A stretch of DNA of 64,000 bases from Felis catus (taxonomy: Eukaryota): assembly GCF_018350175.1 (NCBI RefSeq), contig NC_058368.1, forward strand, positions 113,398,001-113,462,000. Direction: 5' to 3'. Shown here piece after piece: positions 49,163 to 62,960 of the stretch. Both the position numbers and the translations under genes were made by a program. Numbering within the stretch: the stretch's first letter is position 1; the number at the start of each line of letters is the position of its first letter. The notes under the pieces were generated by a model. It was given only the letters and a program-made list of their open reading frames with translations. It was not told where the DNA came from and made no database searches.

Positions 49163-52100
49163 AGAGCGCGGGCAGGGAAGACGCAAGCCGGCCCTCAGCC
49201 AGCTAAAGCCTTCCAAGCCCAGCCCATGATCAAACACACAATGAACATGGCATTGCTACGAGACAGGCCGTCACTAACAGTGCTCCACCCTGACAAGTCA
49301 TGAGAAACAAAGTTTTCCAGAGACACAAGGGGGGATGGCAGAATGTGGAAGTTGGGAGGATGGCCAGTTACTGCAATCTCGTGGAAGCTCATCGTACAGG
49401 TGAGGCTTAAACAAGGGCACATCTGACACAAGTGGGGCCCACAATATGCCTAGTCATGATCCAAGCATCAGTGCACTACTTTCAATCTCTTACAGTCCTG
49501 AGAGTTGGCAGCTGGGTGGACAAGGCAGTAAACCAGGACCCACATCAGCACTCAGTGTGTTCCTACCATCTCCACTGCCTCAGCCTCCGCTTGGGCTGCA
49601 TTCTCTATCATTGAGCTCCAAAGGGACTGTTCTCACCAAGAGGTGAGACCTCCAGGCCACCCTGAAGGCCACATCCCAGTCCTCACCTAGCTTGGCTCTC
49701 AGCTCCCTTGTCTGCTTGCCAACCCCCCCACCCGCCGCCCTCCCCCCCCCATCCTGCCTCCTACCCCACGTGTCTCTGCCCATCTCAGTCTACTTCTGGC
49801 CTCTCTGGCACCTCCTTGACCTTGAACACTGCTCCTACTTTTTATCCCTTCCATGCCACTGTTTCTTGAGATTCCTGCTAATTCTCTCTCAATCTGCTCT
49901 CCCAGAAAGGGTACAGCCACTCTCCACCCCGCTGTATGGCTTCAAATCCCGTCCTTTACACCAAGGGCTCCCAGGCATTTCTCCAGGCCCACCTTTCCAG
50001 AAGACTGTTACTCCTCATTCCAAGGCCGATCCACAGGCAGTATGACAGCAACTGGGGCCCTACACTTGTCTCACCCTTTTTCTTCCCAAGCCACCTCTTC
50101 CTTCTGGGCTCCTGTCTAGGCATTCTGACCAGAAACATGGTCAGCTGTAACCCTTTCCTTGTGCCAGCCTCCCACCCTTCACTCCACCCTCCAGTTACTC
50201 CCCTAGTCCCTCCCTACCACACTATCGAAGCTTTCCATGTGATCTACAGCAACAGCCTCCCTAGTGAGATCTCCCTGCCATCCACCCTCCAACCCACCAT
50301 CATCATCTGCCTAGAACCCGTATGTGCACTGAGCACTAAGGACAAGTAGGTACTTTCACTCTGGTCATGTTCCCAATGACTCTACGTTCTAGACAAGACA
50401 TAAGCAACCTATTAATTCAGTATTTTAAAAACAGGGGTCTCTATGGAGTTCTGTGGGAGTCTGGAAGAGACTGACAAAGTCATTCATGTCACTTCTTATC
50501 AAGATCCGCAGGGACTCCCCAGTGGATGCCCTCAACAGAGCCACCAGTGGTGGCATCATGATATAAAGGAGGGTGTGATCCATTACGAGGTATCCCAAGT
50601 AATTAGTGAGCATACATTAGTGAAAGTAATAATGGCCCAAGAACATGAATTTTAAAGATCATTATCTTTTTATACATCAGTGAGATACAAGGCCATGTGA
50701 TAATAACACCCCTTTTACTTACTTGCAGACTGAAGGGTGGGAATTACTATCTTACAAGCTGCGTAAGCCCCAGGCTAGGCGAGTCCACAGGACATTCTGA
50801 GTCAGGGAGTCACCACAGAACAGAGGATGCCTTTCAGACATTCTCATTATGGTGGCCAAGGCTCTTGTAATATGGCCCCAGCCTACCCCCCCAATCATAC
50901 CTGTCTCCAACTTGCTACAGTCACAAATGACCACCATTTTCTGACTATAAGACTTTCGGACCTTTCCCATGCTGTTATCCCATGCCTGAAATGTTTTTTC
51001 CACAATGTCTACCATCCTTCAGGACATATGTTACATCCCAGGAAAGCTTGACCAGCTGCTTCCCTCCTCAGGATTCTCCTGTCCTCATTTGCCTGTGGTC
51101 TTGCTCCCCAACTCCTCCGAAGAGATCCAGGACAGGGCCGGGCAGGGATGCTGTCTGATCCTGCCCTGTCTACTTTGAGCTTACTTCAGCCCCAGCAATG
51201 GACACAGCTCCATGTAGAGTTCCTGAGCAAATCAAGTATTATTGGGTCTACCTACTCAGAGCCTTAAAAAAAAAACAAGCATTTCCAGGACAGGGGAAGG
51301 GAGCTTTGAAAGAGCTTCTTATCCATGTCCCACCCTTTTCATCTGAGGATAGAATGTTCTAGGCTGGGTTTTTTCCTTCTCTTGGCCCACACAGAGGCCA
51401 CAGAGGGCAGGGAGCTAACAAACTGAGAAAAAAGACTCCAATTCTTCCTGCTTATGTGACCTTGAGCTGGTTATTTAACCTGATGTTTCTGCTTTCTTAA
51501 ATGAGAAACACAAAACATCCCATACATGGGATTTATGAAAAATAACCTAACATGTGATTTACAAAGCACATAATAAGTCCTCAGTTAATGTTACATTCCT
51601 ATCCTTCCATCCCCCTTTTGGCAATCCTTGCTAAGCAAACCACAGCATCTCATGCCTGCCTGTGTCCAAAGGAGGCATCTTGATGGTGGGATCCCTGCTA
51701 TAGTCGACTCCATGGCATAGCGTGTATTTGGGGGCTAAGCTGTTAAGTTCAACGTACTTGGGTTTTGGACATACAAACCTTTGTTTAAAATGAGCTACGT
51801 GTCATCTAGTGGTTCAGAACCTTTGCATCAAACACAATTTTCCTTTCTGGAGACTGCAGAACCTGACCTGTAGTATGAATGTGTCACACATATCCTTCTA
51901 GTATCCACGCAGTATCAATGGCCTCTCAGGTACAATTGCTTTGAGCTGCTTCTTTCTTATGAAAAATGGGTTTGCTAGGAGCCATCCACTCCACTGACTG
52001 GGTCTCATGGCCTTTAGACAAGGTCACTGGAGACAATGAGGAGTGGGTTAATTTGGGGGAAGCAGTCCCTAAAGCCCATGGGTCTTAAAGCTGAGGTGCT

Positions 52101-55100
52101 TATCTCGAGAATGTTCAAATACCTACACTGTAACAAACTCACCATGTGCCTTTACATGAGAGATCTAGGAAAGGGCTGATCAAAAAGAGAGTAACCTGCA
52201 AAACCAGCTCAAAGAGACTCCTTCTGAGGACAAAGGGGGAATGACCCTTGTAGCAGAGCCCAGCATACATGATAGCCTGGCAATGGTGCACAAATCCAGC
52301 TCTCTAGATGTGAAACCCATAGCAACAGAGCCCAAGGTTACCTGTTAGTATCCCCCGCTAAGAGGAGCCACTCCGGTCAGAATAAAGACAAGCCTAGGAA
52401 GCCCACAGTTAGTCTAAGTTAGAAGGATTTCTCCCACTCCCAAGCTGCCTTCCTTCCTGATGCCTGCCTGTGTTAGGCTTACAGTCACCAGCGTGGGCAC
52501 AGCCAAATGAGTCCCTATGGCCTGGGGTAGCCTCCTCTCCAAGCACCGTAGGACTGTAAGCAAGGGAGAAACGCCGTCTGATTTACACTTGAAAAAGATG
52601 ACTCACTACCTATCAACACAAGGATGGACAAATGAATCATGCCCCCAAAGGACTACCAGCAACTAATGCGAATGAGCTGGAACTGCGTGAAATCAACAAT
52701 CAAGGTATGAAGTTTAGAACATGTAAAACACAGCACACATGTTTACTTACAGATACACAGAGAGGGAAAACACAGGGCTGTAGTACCTTTAGAGAAGAAA
52801 GAAGAGAATGGGATCTAGGAAGCAAACACTGGGGTCCTCACTAACAAATCTATGTTCTCTTGTTTCTTTAAGTAAATGATCTGTAGCCGATAAGCTGTGT
52901 TAAAACTGGTGGGCAGACAGAGTTGTGCTTGTCAATGTGCCACTTAGGAAGAAGAAAGCATCACTGTGTGGCAAGCATGGGAGGGGGCGAGAGGGGAGGC
53001 AGGGGGGCCAATTGGGAGGTGACTACAATTGTTTAGACAAGAGATGGAGAAGAGAGGAGTGGCAGGGGGAGATAATTCTTCATGTGTCTTGAAGATTACC
53101 CAGCAGGCCTCAGGTATTAACGGGATGTGAGGGGCAGGTGGGAGCAGGTAGATGGGAAGGAAGCACTTTGATGTCCTGATTCCTGGTCACAGTAACGGGG
53201 TGGTGGGAGCACTGACATTGGGTGAAGGCAGCGGAGGAGAGCCAACTGGCCAAACCATGGACATCCAGAACCAGCCATGCTCAACACCATATTCTACCCA
53301 ACAAGGTGAGAGACAGACATCTCCCCAGACCGATAATGGGCCATCACCACAGAATATCCTGAGAATTCTTTTATACATCATGCTTGGTGCCTGCCTTTGA
53401 TGAAATAACCCAATTAAGAAAGGGATGGAAAGGACAGAGCTGAAGCCCCGAGTAACAACACAGCCTGCACTTAATTCTGCCCTCAAACCGCTGGGTACAA
53501 CCAGCAGAGAAAAATGGGAGGTCGAGACGGTGCCTATGAATACTTGATAGCTCAATATAGCTTTGGGGGTGCAAATGACTATGACAGATGAATAGCGCCT
53601 GACTGCCCCTGAGAAGTTACATTAGTGGTAATAATGGCGGGCTATAGGTACAGAGTGCTGGTAATTTATTTCCCCTTTAAGGATATGTTAGGAAAGGCAG
53701 ATTTAATAGTGTGGAAATGAGAATGGGTGAGACAGAAAGGCGCTATCATGTAACTAACCCGTCAGGCTGCCCCAGCCCCACCATAGCCCAGGACCTGCTC
53801 TCTTCTCCCAGAGGCAGCTCTGAGGCTTCTTATCCCCCACAGACATGCCGAGAAACACACACCTCTCCCTCTGTTGGGCAGAATGGGCAAGTATATAGGT
53901 GCTCATCTAATCCCCAGGCTGCTTGGGGTCTTGGTTTTCAGGGCATCTGGTATGCCAATGTGCCCGTTTCAGACAGAATATTCCCAGAAGGCAGGGACAG
54001 AGTGTGAGCCTGCCATGCCATCACCAACAGACGGGACAAGAGATGGGGGCAACACAAGTTCTTTTCCTTCAAGCTTTAGAATCAATAACCCCCTTTTCAT
54101 CACCAAGGGGAGAGAAGCCGAACAGAGGCCTTCGTCATTCCCGTTCATCAGTGAGGTATTGAGTTTGGACTGTGGCAGGTGCTGTGCCCAGCTCTCCAAG
54201 TGCTCGCGGTGAAGAGGACAGACAGTGGAAAGGCAGTAAGAACGGGAAGAGAGGCTCTGCAGCACAGAGGGGGGACAGGTAATGTCTAGGGGAGACCACT
54301 CCACAGCTGGCAATTCTTCCCAGGAGAAGCTAAGACCTGAAGGGTGTGAGAGAGCGTTAGCCAGGTGAGAGTGGAAGAGTGTTTCAGGCAGGGGGAACAG
54401 CATAGGCAAAGGTGCGAGAGTAAGAGACCACGTGACCTGTCAGTGGAACCGCAGCCATTCAGTTTTGTGGAAGCAGGTGGAGTGTGCAGAGACGACGGTG
54501 GAAGGGGGAGCAAGGGCACCAGTCTCTCTTTCTCAGGACTCAGTCCTGTGCGGCTCTGTCCTGGGAGATGGAGAGTTGTGGACAGCCCTGCCCTCCAGGA
54601 GCTCACAGAGCATAGCCAAGTCTTTCCACACCCTCCCCTGAGACCCCCACTTCCCAGAACCAGGCTCTGCTGAATTTGCCTCCAGAGGGCAGCTCCCACC
54701 CCTCCACTAAGAGCTCCTGCTGACTACGATCCTTCCGCATCCGTAGGAAAGCCAAGGCTCAGTAGGAAAATCCCATCTTGTCCCTCCACAGATCACTCCC
54801 CATTCCTGGTCACAGCCTTCTGATGAAGCATACTGACACTGCATATGGCAGCACCAGGGACCCCGTCCTGTCCGCTCAGGGTCGACAAGCTCAACCACAG
54901 GGAAAACAAAATGCTAAGAGTAGCCACTCTCTCCCTGATGCAATTCAGTCTCCCTCCACAGTCAGCGTGTGAATTAGGAAGACAGAAGGGCCTGGCAGCA
55001 GTCCGTGATTAAATCCACCATGCAGCAAAGGGCTCATCCATCACTGCGTTTCTTTTCTTCTCACCCAAACAATGTCAAATGACCCTCTTAAAATCTCAAG

Positions 55101-55754
55101 TAAATAAGGTGATTCGGCCTCTCTCTTTAATTCCCCCTCACCGTGAGCATACCCACCACACGTGCAAGGTTTCCAATACCCCTCCCTCAAGGTTTACTAG
55201 CTATCTTTCCAACTTTAATGATTCTCTGCCCACATAGGCCGTGTGGATTCCAGTGCTCTGGTTTTGCCTAACTCCGATTTTTTGTTAAGGATCTCTTAAC
55301 AAAGCAAACATGTGGCCATAAACTTAACTGAGATTCAGCCCTAACATGCATTGCTATCACCCCACTAGGCAGGGGGCAGAAGAAGATGTGGGAGCAGGGG
55401 CAGTGGGTGAAGGATGGGGCCAAGGATCATGGCTACCCTGTTTGGCCACAGGCTACAGCAGGTCAGCCTTGAGCTTGGACAGCTCCCAGTGGGCATGGCA
55501 TGATGTGGGGGTGACCCACAGTTCCAGATACATGAGCTTTATGTCAGTCATCACCCAGACTGTCGGCTCTAAGGGAGGTGATCAAGCCCAGCCAAGTTCA
55601 CTGACCCCTATCGTTGGAAATGAGAAGACAGTTGTGACTTCATGCTGATGGGAAGCCCCAGGGTTTACATCTCTCCAGGCACGGCTGGTATAGACTCCTC
55701 TAGGAAAGGGAAGCAGATGTTAACACTCCAGGTGGCAGTAACTATGCATAATGA

Positions 55755-55899
55755 GGGGCACCTGGGTGGCTCAGTCGGTTAAGTGTCCGACTTCGGCTCA
55801 GGCCATGATCTCATGGTTTGTGGGTTCAAACTGAGCGTCAGGCTCTGGGCTGACAGCTCAGAGCCTGGGGCCTGCTTTGGATTCTGTGTCTCCCTCCCT

Positions 55900-55938
<39 letters not shown>

Positions 55939-56005
55939 CCTTTCCCACTTGCACATGCACTCTCTCTCTCAAAAAGAAATGAATAAACATTAAAAACATT
56001 TTTTA
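55755..56005 (+). mobile_element. Can-SINE (SINEC_Fc-like)
   Basis: Full head, long (CT)n and A-rich tail. Confidence 0.95.
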
Positions 56006-56031
56006 AATATACAAAATCATGGGCACCCCTC

Positions 56032-56620
56032 TGCGATACAGTGACATAGAGCAGGAAATATAATGGTCTTCGACCCACTTCCTGACACAGAGCTCCTAAA
56101 ATCCCTGAAATTTCCTAGGTGAGGAGAGTGATAAAGGTGTCTCTCATTATATTAATGAGGGGCCTTTGGGAAAGCACTTAATGATGGCGCTGGTCACCCT
56201 GAGAACCAGCCATGTGATTGGACAGCTAGAATTTGCAGTTCTGCCCCCACGCCTCCAGCTGGGAGAGTGACTCAAGAATGATCTCAATCTTCCAAGGCCC
56301 ATGATTGAATCAACCGTGCCTAAGCAATGGAGCCTCCATAAAAATCCTAAAGGACTGGGTTTGGAGAGCTTCCGGGTTAGCGAACACATGAAGATTTGGG
56401 AAGGGCGGTGCTCTGGGAGAGGACGTAGGAGCTTTGCCATGATCTGACTGTTCCTGAGTTTTGCTGTTTTATAACAAACCAGTAATCTACCAGCACAATG
56501 TTCCTCGGAGTTCTGTGAGCCACTGCAGCAAATTCATCAAACCCAAGGGTGGGGGTTGTTGGAACCCCTATCTAGAGCCAGTAAGTCAATTGGCATCTGG
56601 AGTGGTGGGGGAGGGGGCTT
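56032..56620 (+). mobile_element. MER21-like ERVL LTR
   Basis: ttcctgacacagagctcctaaaatccctgaaatttcct...gcctccataaaaatcctaaaggac...gagagcttccgggtt...gagttctgtgagcc. Confidence 0.82.
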
Positions 56621-56799
56621 AGGTAACTAGGAGGCTTCACCCTGGGGAGGCGGGAAAAGTTACTGAGGGATGAGGGTGACTCTTCTAGGCCACCCAAGTG
56701 TCCCTGAGTCCATCAAATGAACATTTACTGTGTGCTTAGAGCAATGTTACATGCTGTGGAAGATTCTCAGAAATTGGAGCCTTAGAAACTCTCTTTTCA

Positions 56800-57550
56800 T
56801 ACTTAGCATTTCCATCAGTCATCACCTCAGTCCCTCCTGTTCCCTCCACCATACTGAGTCCATCTCTTTCCTCGCATCTCCAGTACCACTCCCTCCCAGT
56901 CCAAACCAAAACTTATCCACAGCAACAATCTCCCAACCGTACAACCCAAGCCCCAGCCCTCCCTACGCAGCCCGGCCTCCACATGGTAGCCAGTGAAAGC
57001 TTTTCAAAACACAGATCTGTCATTTGGGTGTCCACACCCACCTGAGAGCCCTTCAGTGGGCTCCCACTGCTGCTAAGGCAGTGATACATTCCCTAAGGTG
57101 CTCTGCACACCCCTGTGGTCTGGCCCCAGCCAGACCCTCTGAACTCTGGCCTTCCTTCAAGCCCTCTTAATGACTACACTACTTTCCATGACAGGGCATT
57201 TCAGCATGCTGTTCCCTCTGGCTGCAATTCTCTTCCTTCTCTGCTTGATCCATTCATCTCCCTCCAGTCTCAGCTGGAATGCAACTTCCCCAAGGAAGCC
57301 TTCCCAATTCATCTCTATGTCAAGCCGTCCTCTTATAACCATGTGGAACACAGTGTGACTACTTGACATTTACCATCGTCTATGAGCCATATTTACTTAT
57401 GTAATCACTTGATTAATAGGTCTCCTCCCTACACTGTAAGCTCGGGGACAGCAAGAGATGACCTTGTTTCTGTTGTTATTCTGTGGCCAATACTCAACAT
57501 GGTGTCCAGCACCAGGCGCTATGAGCTTAGTGTGTATTTGTTGAGTCAAA
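56800..57550 (+). mobile_element. L2 3' region
   Basis: gagcccttcagtgggctcccactgc...catgctgttccctctggctgcaa...actgtaagctc...tatttgttgag. Confidence 0.75.
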
Positions 57551-58049
57551 GAATCTTGACCCCAGCGGTTTGCAATAGCTGGTCTAGTTATGATGAGGAT
57601 TCACACCTCATTTCAAAAAAAAAAAAAAAGGACATTCAGAAATGAAAATAAAAGAGCCACCAGAGTAGATGGAGGAAGCCTTGGGTGTTGAGGACTCTAC
57701 CTGCCCTGTGACTTCAAGAGTACGTTCTGAACAGAATACCTATTAGAAGACCATCACCTTCATCTTGACAACCCAGGTGGGATCCTGGGTCCTATGGGCC
57801 ACTGTAGACTCACTGATTCTGCAAAACCTCCAGATCACACTCCAGCATGAATCTCTCCACACTGTACAAGCCCAAGTGACTCTGGACCTTGCAAGTGCAG
57901 GAGCTCTGGGAGCCCTGGGCCTCCAAATGAGTGACTGTCCTGAGCAAGCCTCGGATGCCGGCTTGATGTTGCTCTGCCGAAGAAGAGAGGTCACTCAGAA
58001 AGCGCTCAAAGAGAGATCACGATACTCCGTGAAATGCGGTACGAGAGGA

Positions 58050-58630
58050 CCTGATTAGAATGAAGCAGGGACACTCCCAATCCTAGCTCTGCTATGCACT
58101 AGCTGTGTGACCACAAACAGAAGTCACTGTGCCACTTCAGGTCAGTTTTCTCATGTCGAAAGTCAGGATAAGAATCCTAATATCTACCTTCTGAGGCCGT
58201 CGTGAAGATAAATGAAATAATGTGTGTAGCATGCCTGGCAGAGTACGCAAATTCCAGTTTCCATTACAAGAGAAAAAAAATCCCGATTCTACTTCTCTAC
58301 GAAAGTAGATAAGCTTAAAAATCAAATTTGGGAACACATTGTATTCCTTTAAAAAAAATTAAGGTTCTTCTTTCCTGATTATCACAGTAATACATTTTCA
58401 CTGAGAGGCAATATGGAGTAGGAGATAAGGACCCACTGAATGGATTCAAATTCAGCACCATTTCCTAACAGCTGATTAGCCTGGGGCAAAAGCTACTTAA
58501 GTTCACAGAGTCCAATCTCCACATCCATAAAATGAAGATGGTAATATTTCCCAGTTTATAGCCTAGCTGTGGAAATTAAATGAGATAATTTATGGGAGAT
58601 TCTTGATACAGCAAGAGACACCTTGTGAGG
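58050..58630 (+). mobile_element. Two MIR copies (58050-58260, 58400-58630)
   Basis: atcctagctctgctatgcactagctgtgtgacc; catccataaaatgaagatggtaata. Confidence 0.7.
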
Positions 58631-58699
58631 ACTTCCGTAAACATTGTTTCAGTGGCCATCACCATCGTCACTACTGTTGACACCTTTTAAAGGCAGAAA

Positions 58700-59760
58700 C
58701 ATACAAAAAATAGGAAATGTAATTTATAATGCCACCATCCGTAAACAACATCTGAGTGGGCTTTTTTCCTTAATAATCAGCCAGTCATGTTTACAAAATG
58801 GAAGTCACACAATATAAACTTAGCTGTATTCTGCTATTTTCATTTTTATGTCGTAATTGCTAAGAACATGATGTAAAAGGTTCCGTAATATTCCATCATA
58901 TGGTAGCGTTAAACGTAACCCATCCTAATAATTTTTGCCAGATGCTGGTCTTATAAATAATGCTGCAATAAATGTATTTCTGCATATGTCTTTGTCCTCA
59001 TTTCTAATTATTTCTTTAGGAGAGACTTCTAAACGATGAATTATTGTTTAATAGAGCGCTTAGATTTTCTTTTTTTTTAATTCTTAATATATGACAGAGT
59101 GCTTTCCACAATTTATGTGGTGCCTGCCACATTAGCTAGCATACTGAGGGGCTGGATAAAGAGCTGTCAGAGGGAGAAAACAAAGTAAGCTTTGTCTTTT
59201 TAAAGAATACAGGCTTACTTAACAGAAGAAAGATTTTACCTTTTGTTTTACATTTCTTTGAATGCCAATGAAGTTTAATACTTTTCCTTATTATTTGTCC
59301 ATGTATCTTTTATGAAATTTTGTACTCCTGTCTTTGGTAAAATTTCTTTATCTTTATTAATTTATAAATGCTTTTTATATATGAAAGCTATCACCTCCTT
59401 GACTTACTTGTGACAGTATTTTTCTTAATTTACTTTGTGTTTTATTTTTGACACAAATTGTAGCTTGATTTTAATGTAGTCAAACCTTCTAATTCTATTT
59501 ACCAGATCTACTATTCTTGGGGTCAGATGAAAACTCAACCATGTGCTCTGCTAACTTTTGTGTGTGCTTATTTTTTATGCATACCTCTTCCAGATAAATG
59601 TGTTTTACTGGTTAGCATGAGATGACTACCTAACTTAAAGTACTCTGCCAAATTTCCCAGCACCATCTGCAGAATAAATCTGTGGTAGGTCAAAGACCTA
59701 CCAGTGACTACTGGGATTTATTTCTGACTATGGATTCTAGTCCACTGTTATGCCCATTGA
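58700..59760 (-). mobile_element. Old L1ME fragment
   Basis: taatattccatcatatgg...ataaataatgctgcaataaa...tcccagcaccatctgcagaataaatc matches antisense L1. Confidence 0.7.
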
Positions 59761-60239
59761 ATTTTACATCATTCACCCTGAGCTCTTAAGGGGAAAAATT
59801 CCTGTTCCTCAGAGCCTGAGTCAGTGGATCCTGCCATACTGTGACCCAATGTGGACATAACGTAAGGACATAAGGACATAACATATTGCTGCCTTCCTTC
59901 AGATCACAACCACCTATCATAGAACCAGCCTGGGTATTGACACGAAGACCTCAGTGTGCAGATGAACATGGTATCAGTCTGTCATGTCTTTAGTATCATT
60001 AATACCATTCCAGCTGAGAACCTCACCTCATGAATTCTCTTCCAAGCCACAGTTCATGTTTTCCTCTGTATATATTCTCTGAAGTCCATATTGGTCAGGA
60101 AAGAGCCTGCTGGGGTGCCTGAGTCACCACACAGCTAATTTTATGAGCAAAATGTTGAAGAGTCAAGGATGGTTCTCAGCTCCCTAGGGCTACCACCTAA
60201 ACCTCATGGATTTTCAGTCTCTAGTTGCTCCATCAGCCT

Positions 60240-61270
60240 CATTAACCCCACTGATCTCTCCATCTTCCTTCCACACTTCCTCTACCTGGGCCTGGGCCAA
60301 CACACTCTCCTGGTTCTCCTCCTGGTTTCCAGTTTTTTCCCTCTTAGCCTTTTAGTACCTCCGGCTCATCTTCCGAGCTTCTGCATGTTGGAGATGAGTC
60401 ATTTGTCCTAGTCATCAGACCTCTTTGCCCTTCTGCTTATACTCACTCCCATGATGATCTCATCCAATCTCAGGACTGTAAGCACCAAGTACAGGTTGAT
60501 GACATCTCCAACGTGGGTCCTTCCCTGGATATTCAGACCAACGTATCCAACTCTCAAGAACTGGACTACTAACACGTCCCAAAGTGAACTAACCTTCCCC
60601 AGCAAACCAGCCCCTGCCGCAGTCTTCCCCCCCTCAGAGTCCATCAGCAAATCCACCAAAATAGAGCCCGAATTCAAGTGCATCTTTCTGCCCTCACTAC
60701 CACTTCCCTGGAGTGAGCCATCACCAAAAGTCTCCCGAATGATCTCCCTGCTTCTGCCCTGTGACCCTCTTCAGCGTAAAGTCGAAGTCCTTACCAAATC
60801 ATCTCTCTCTTCTTATTTCCCAATATTCTGCTCTCTGTTCATATTTCTCCAGACGCCCCTGTGAGTCCTCGGACAAGCTGGGCGCACCCCGTCCTCTGGC
60901 ACTCATGCCCACTGCCCGTCACCCCGGCAGTCCTTGCCCACAAATCTACCTCCGTCGGGTCCTTCTTAATCACCACCTTCTCCATGAGGCCTACTCTGGC
61001 CCCAACAAAAACTCTTCCAAAATAAAAATAAAACAGCAACTCCCTACTCTGTACCCCCTTTGCCTGCCTAATTCTTTCTCTTTAGCGCTCATACTAAACA
61101 GACTCAACATATTAATTACTTAGCTTGACTTCTGATTACCCCCCTCACTAGAACCTAAGCTCCATGAAGGCGGGCAGTTCTCTGTTTACTGCAGTACCCA
61201 TGGAACCAGAACTATGTTTGACACATAGTAGGATCTTAGCTACCCAGTGCATGAGTGGATGCATGCATGG
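60240..61270 (+). mobile_element. L2 3' region (~1 kb)
   Basis: acactctcctggttctcct...gatctcatccaatctcagg...cactagaacctaagctccatgaaggc...acatagtagg. Confidence 0.8.
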
Positions 61271-61520
61271 GATGGCTATACAAATCCCTCTGTTTGAAAA
61301 CAAGGAAGTAGAGTAGTCAGAGAGTCTCCGGGGTCAGAATTTGAATCCATACTGGCTCTACAAGGGGGTTTCTGTCTACAACCCTGAGGAAAGGATGAAA
61401 GAGGTTAAGACGGTGACACTATGGACAGAGACCCGATCTATTTAGCAAGCCGTGCTCTGTGTTACACTGCAGGCCAGATGTCCACTGTCTACATCTTTAG
61501 AATGCAGTTTTTGGGGGGGG

Positions 61521-61733
61521 GGGGTGACTGAGTGACTCAGTCGGTTAAGTGTCTGACTTCAGCTGAGGTCGTGATCTTATGGTTCGTGGGTTCCAGCCCT
61601 CTGTCAGGCTCTGTACTGACAGCCCAGAGCCAGGAGCCTGCTTCAGATTCTCTGTCTCCCTCTCTCTGCTACTCTCCCAAACAAGCTCTGTCTTTCTCTG
61701 TCTCTCAAAAATAAATAAACATTAAAAAAAATT
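61521..61733 (+). mobile_element. Can-SINE (SINEC_Fc-like)
   Basis: Head, (CT)n and tail; TSD-like agaatgcagttt / agaatatagttt. Confidence 0.92.
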
Positions 61734-62579
61734 AAAGAATATAGTTTGGGGAAAATATGAAAAGGGGAACAAAGTACATCTCAAGGCAACCGTCTTCTTG
61801 AGTTGGCCCAGGAAGGGAAAAAGGCATCCGCAACACAGTGCCCAACCCTGACTGAGACAGCAAGTGACAGATCTGACTGACAGACAGACAGAAGAGGTAG
61901 TAACTCATCAGAAAAAAAGAGACCAGAATGGATGGACCAGCAGAGAAACACGGTACACAAGTAGGGGCCCCATGGATGAAATGGTGATTACAAAACAAAA
62001 CAGTCCTAATAAGATTACAGCCGATAATGAATCTGCTACAAAACTCTGGAACGATGTTAGGATTTTAATAAGCATCCCCCAAAGATCACTCAGTCAATTT
62101 CACAAATGCCCATTCTCATCACTTAATTCTAAGGGGGGCGGGAGGCGGCTCCACCTAGCTGTTTCTAAATTAATAATGTGCTTCATTTCTGTTACGCCTC
62201 AGAAACAAAGCCACTGTAACATTTCAAGCTGTTTTGGGAGAATTTTAATATTCTCCCTGCTGATATAAACAGAACCTTATTAACTAAGTCCCAGAGATGC
62301 CACATTTGGGATGTAATCCAGGCCCCGGTGCCAACTGCAATGTTAACATTTGAAAATACCTCATGTGCACACTTCATTTGAACAAGTACAGCAACATAAG
62401 CTTTTCCCCAGAAAAATGGAAAGGAAAAAAAAAGGTAACTCTGTATCCCCTTGAGAAAGGCCGCTTAATCCGGATTTGGACAAAGAATACAAGAAAATGG
62501 GACACACTGTTCCTCTTTTTTTTTTTCCTCATCATTTTTCCTACCATCAGCTCTCCCTCAGCTCTCAAGGACCTGTGTT

Positions 62580-62960
62580 GTAAATACAGCCGGGTCCGTT
62601 CCATGGAGGGGGGAATAAAAAGAGAAAACCCATGTGTCCCACATCCGGGCGGAAAGGGCATCACAGGAGGCCACGCCCCCCCTCAACCCAACTGAGGCCC
62701 GGATGTGGCTCCCTGGCCCCGGGGTGCCCGCCCGCGGCTTCACCGTCTCCGCCCGAACACCCATCGACCAGGGTCACTCAAGGCTTCCGGGCACAATATG
62801 CTGACAGTCATGTGAGCAGAATGTGGCTGTGTGTCACCGGATGCAAGCATTTCCAAGCAACCCTGATCCCGTTCTTATGACTCAGCCTCTAACGACAGCC
62901 CAGACACTTGCAGCAGCGGCAAATCCGCATGACTTCCCATCGCAACACAGGAAAAGCGAG
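62580..62960. promoter_or_regulatory. CpG-rich candidate enhancer/internal promoter
   Basis: Two inverted CCGGATGT ETS-type sites, GGCCACGCCCC (KLF/SP), GGGCGG and TGACTCA (62878-62884) in non-repeat CpG-rich DNA. Confidence 0.4.

Noticed and set aside
3262-50722. Isolated minus-strand donor-like sites (~3266, ~16621, ~50722) as extra SPOCK1 exons
   Set aside because: No convincing acceptor and no testican-like translation.
50539-55740. CTCF-like motifs (ccaccagtggtggc at ~50541; ctccaggtggcag at ~55727)
   Set aside because: Imperfect matches that cannot be supported without ChIP or conservation data.
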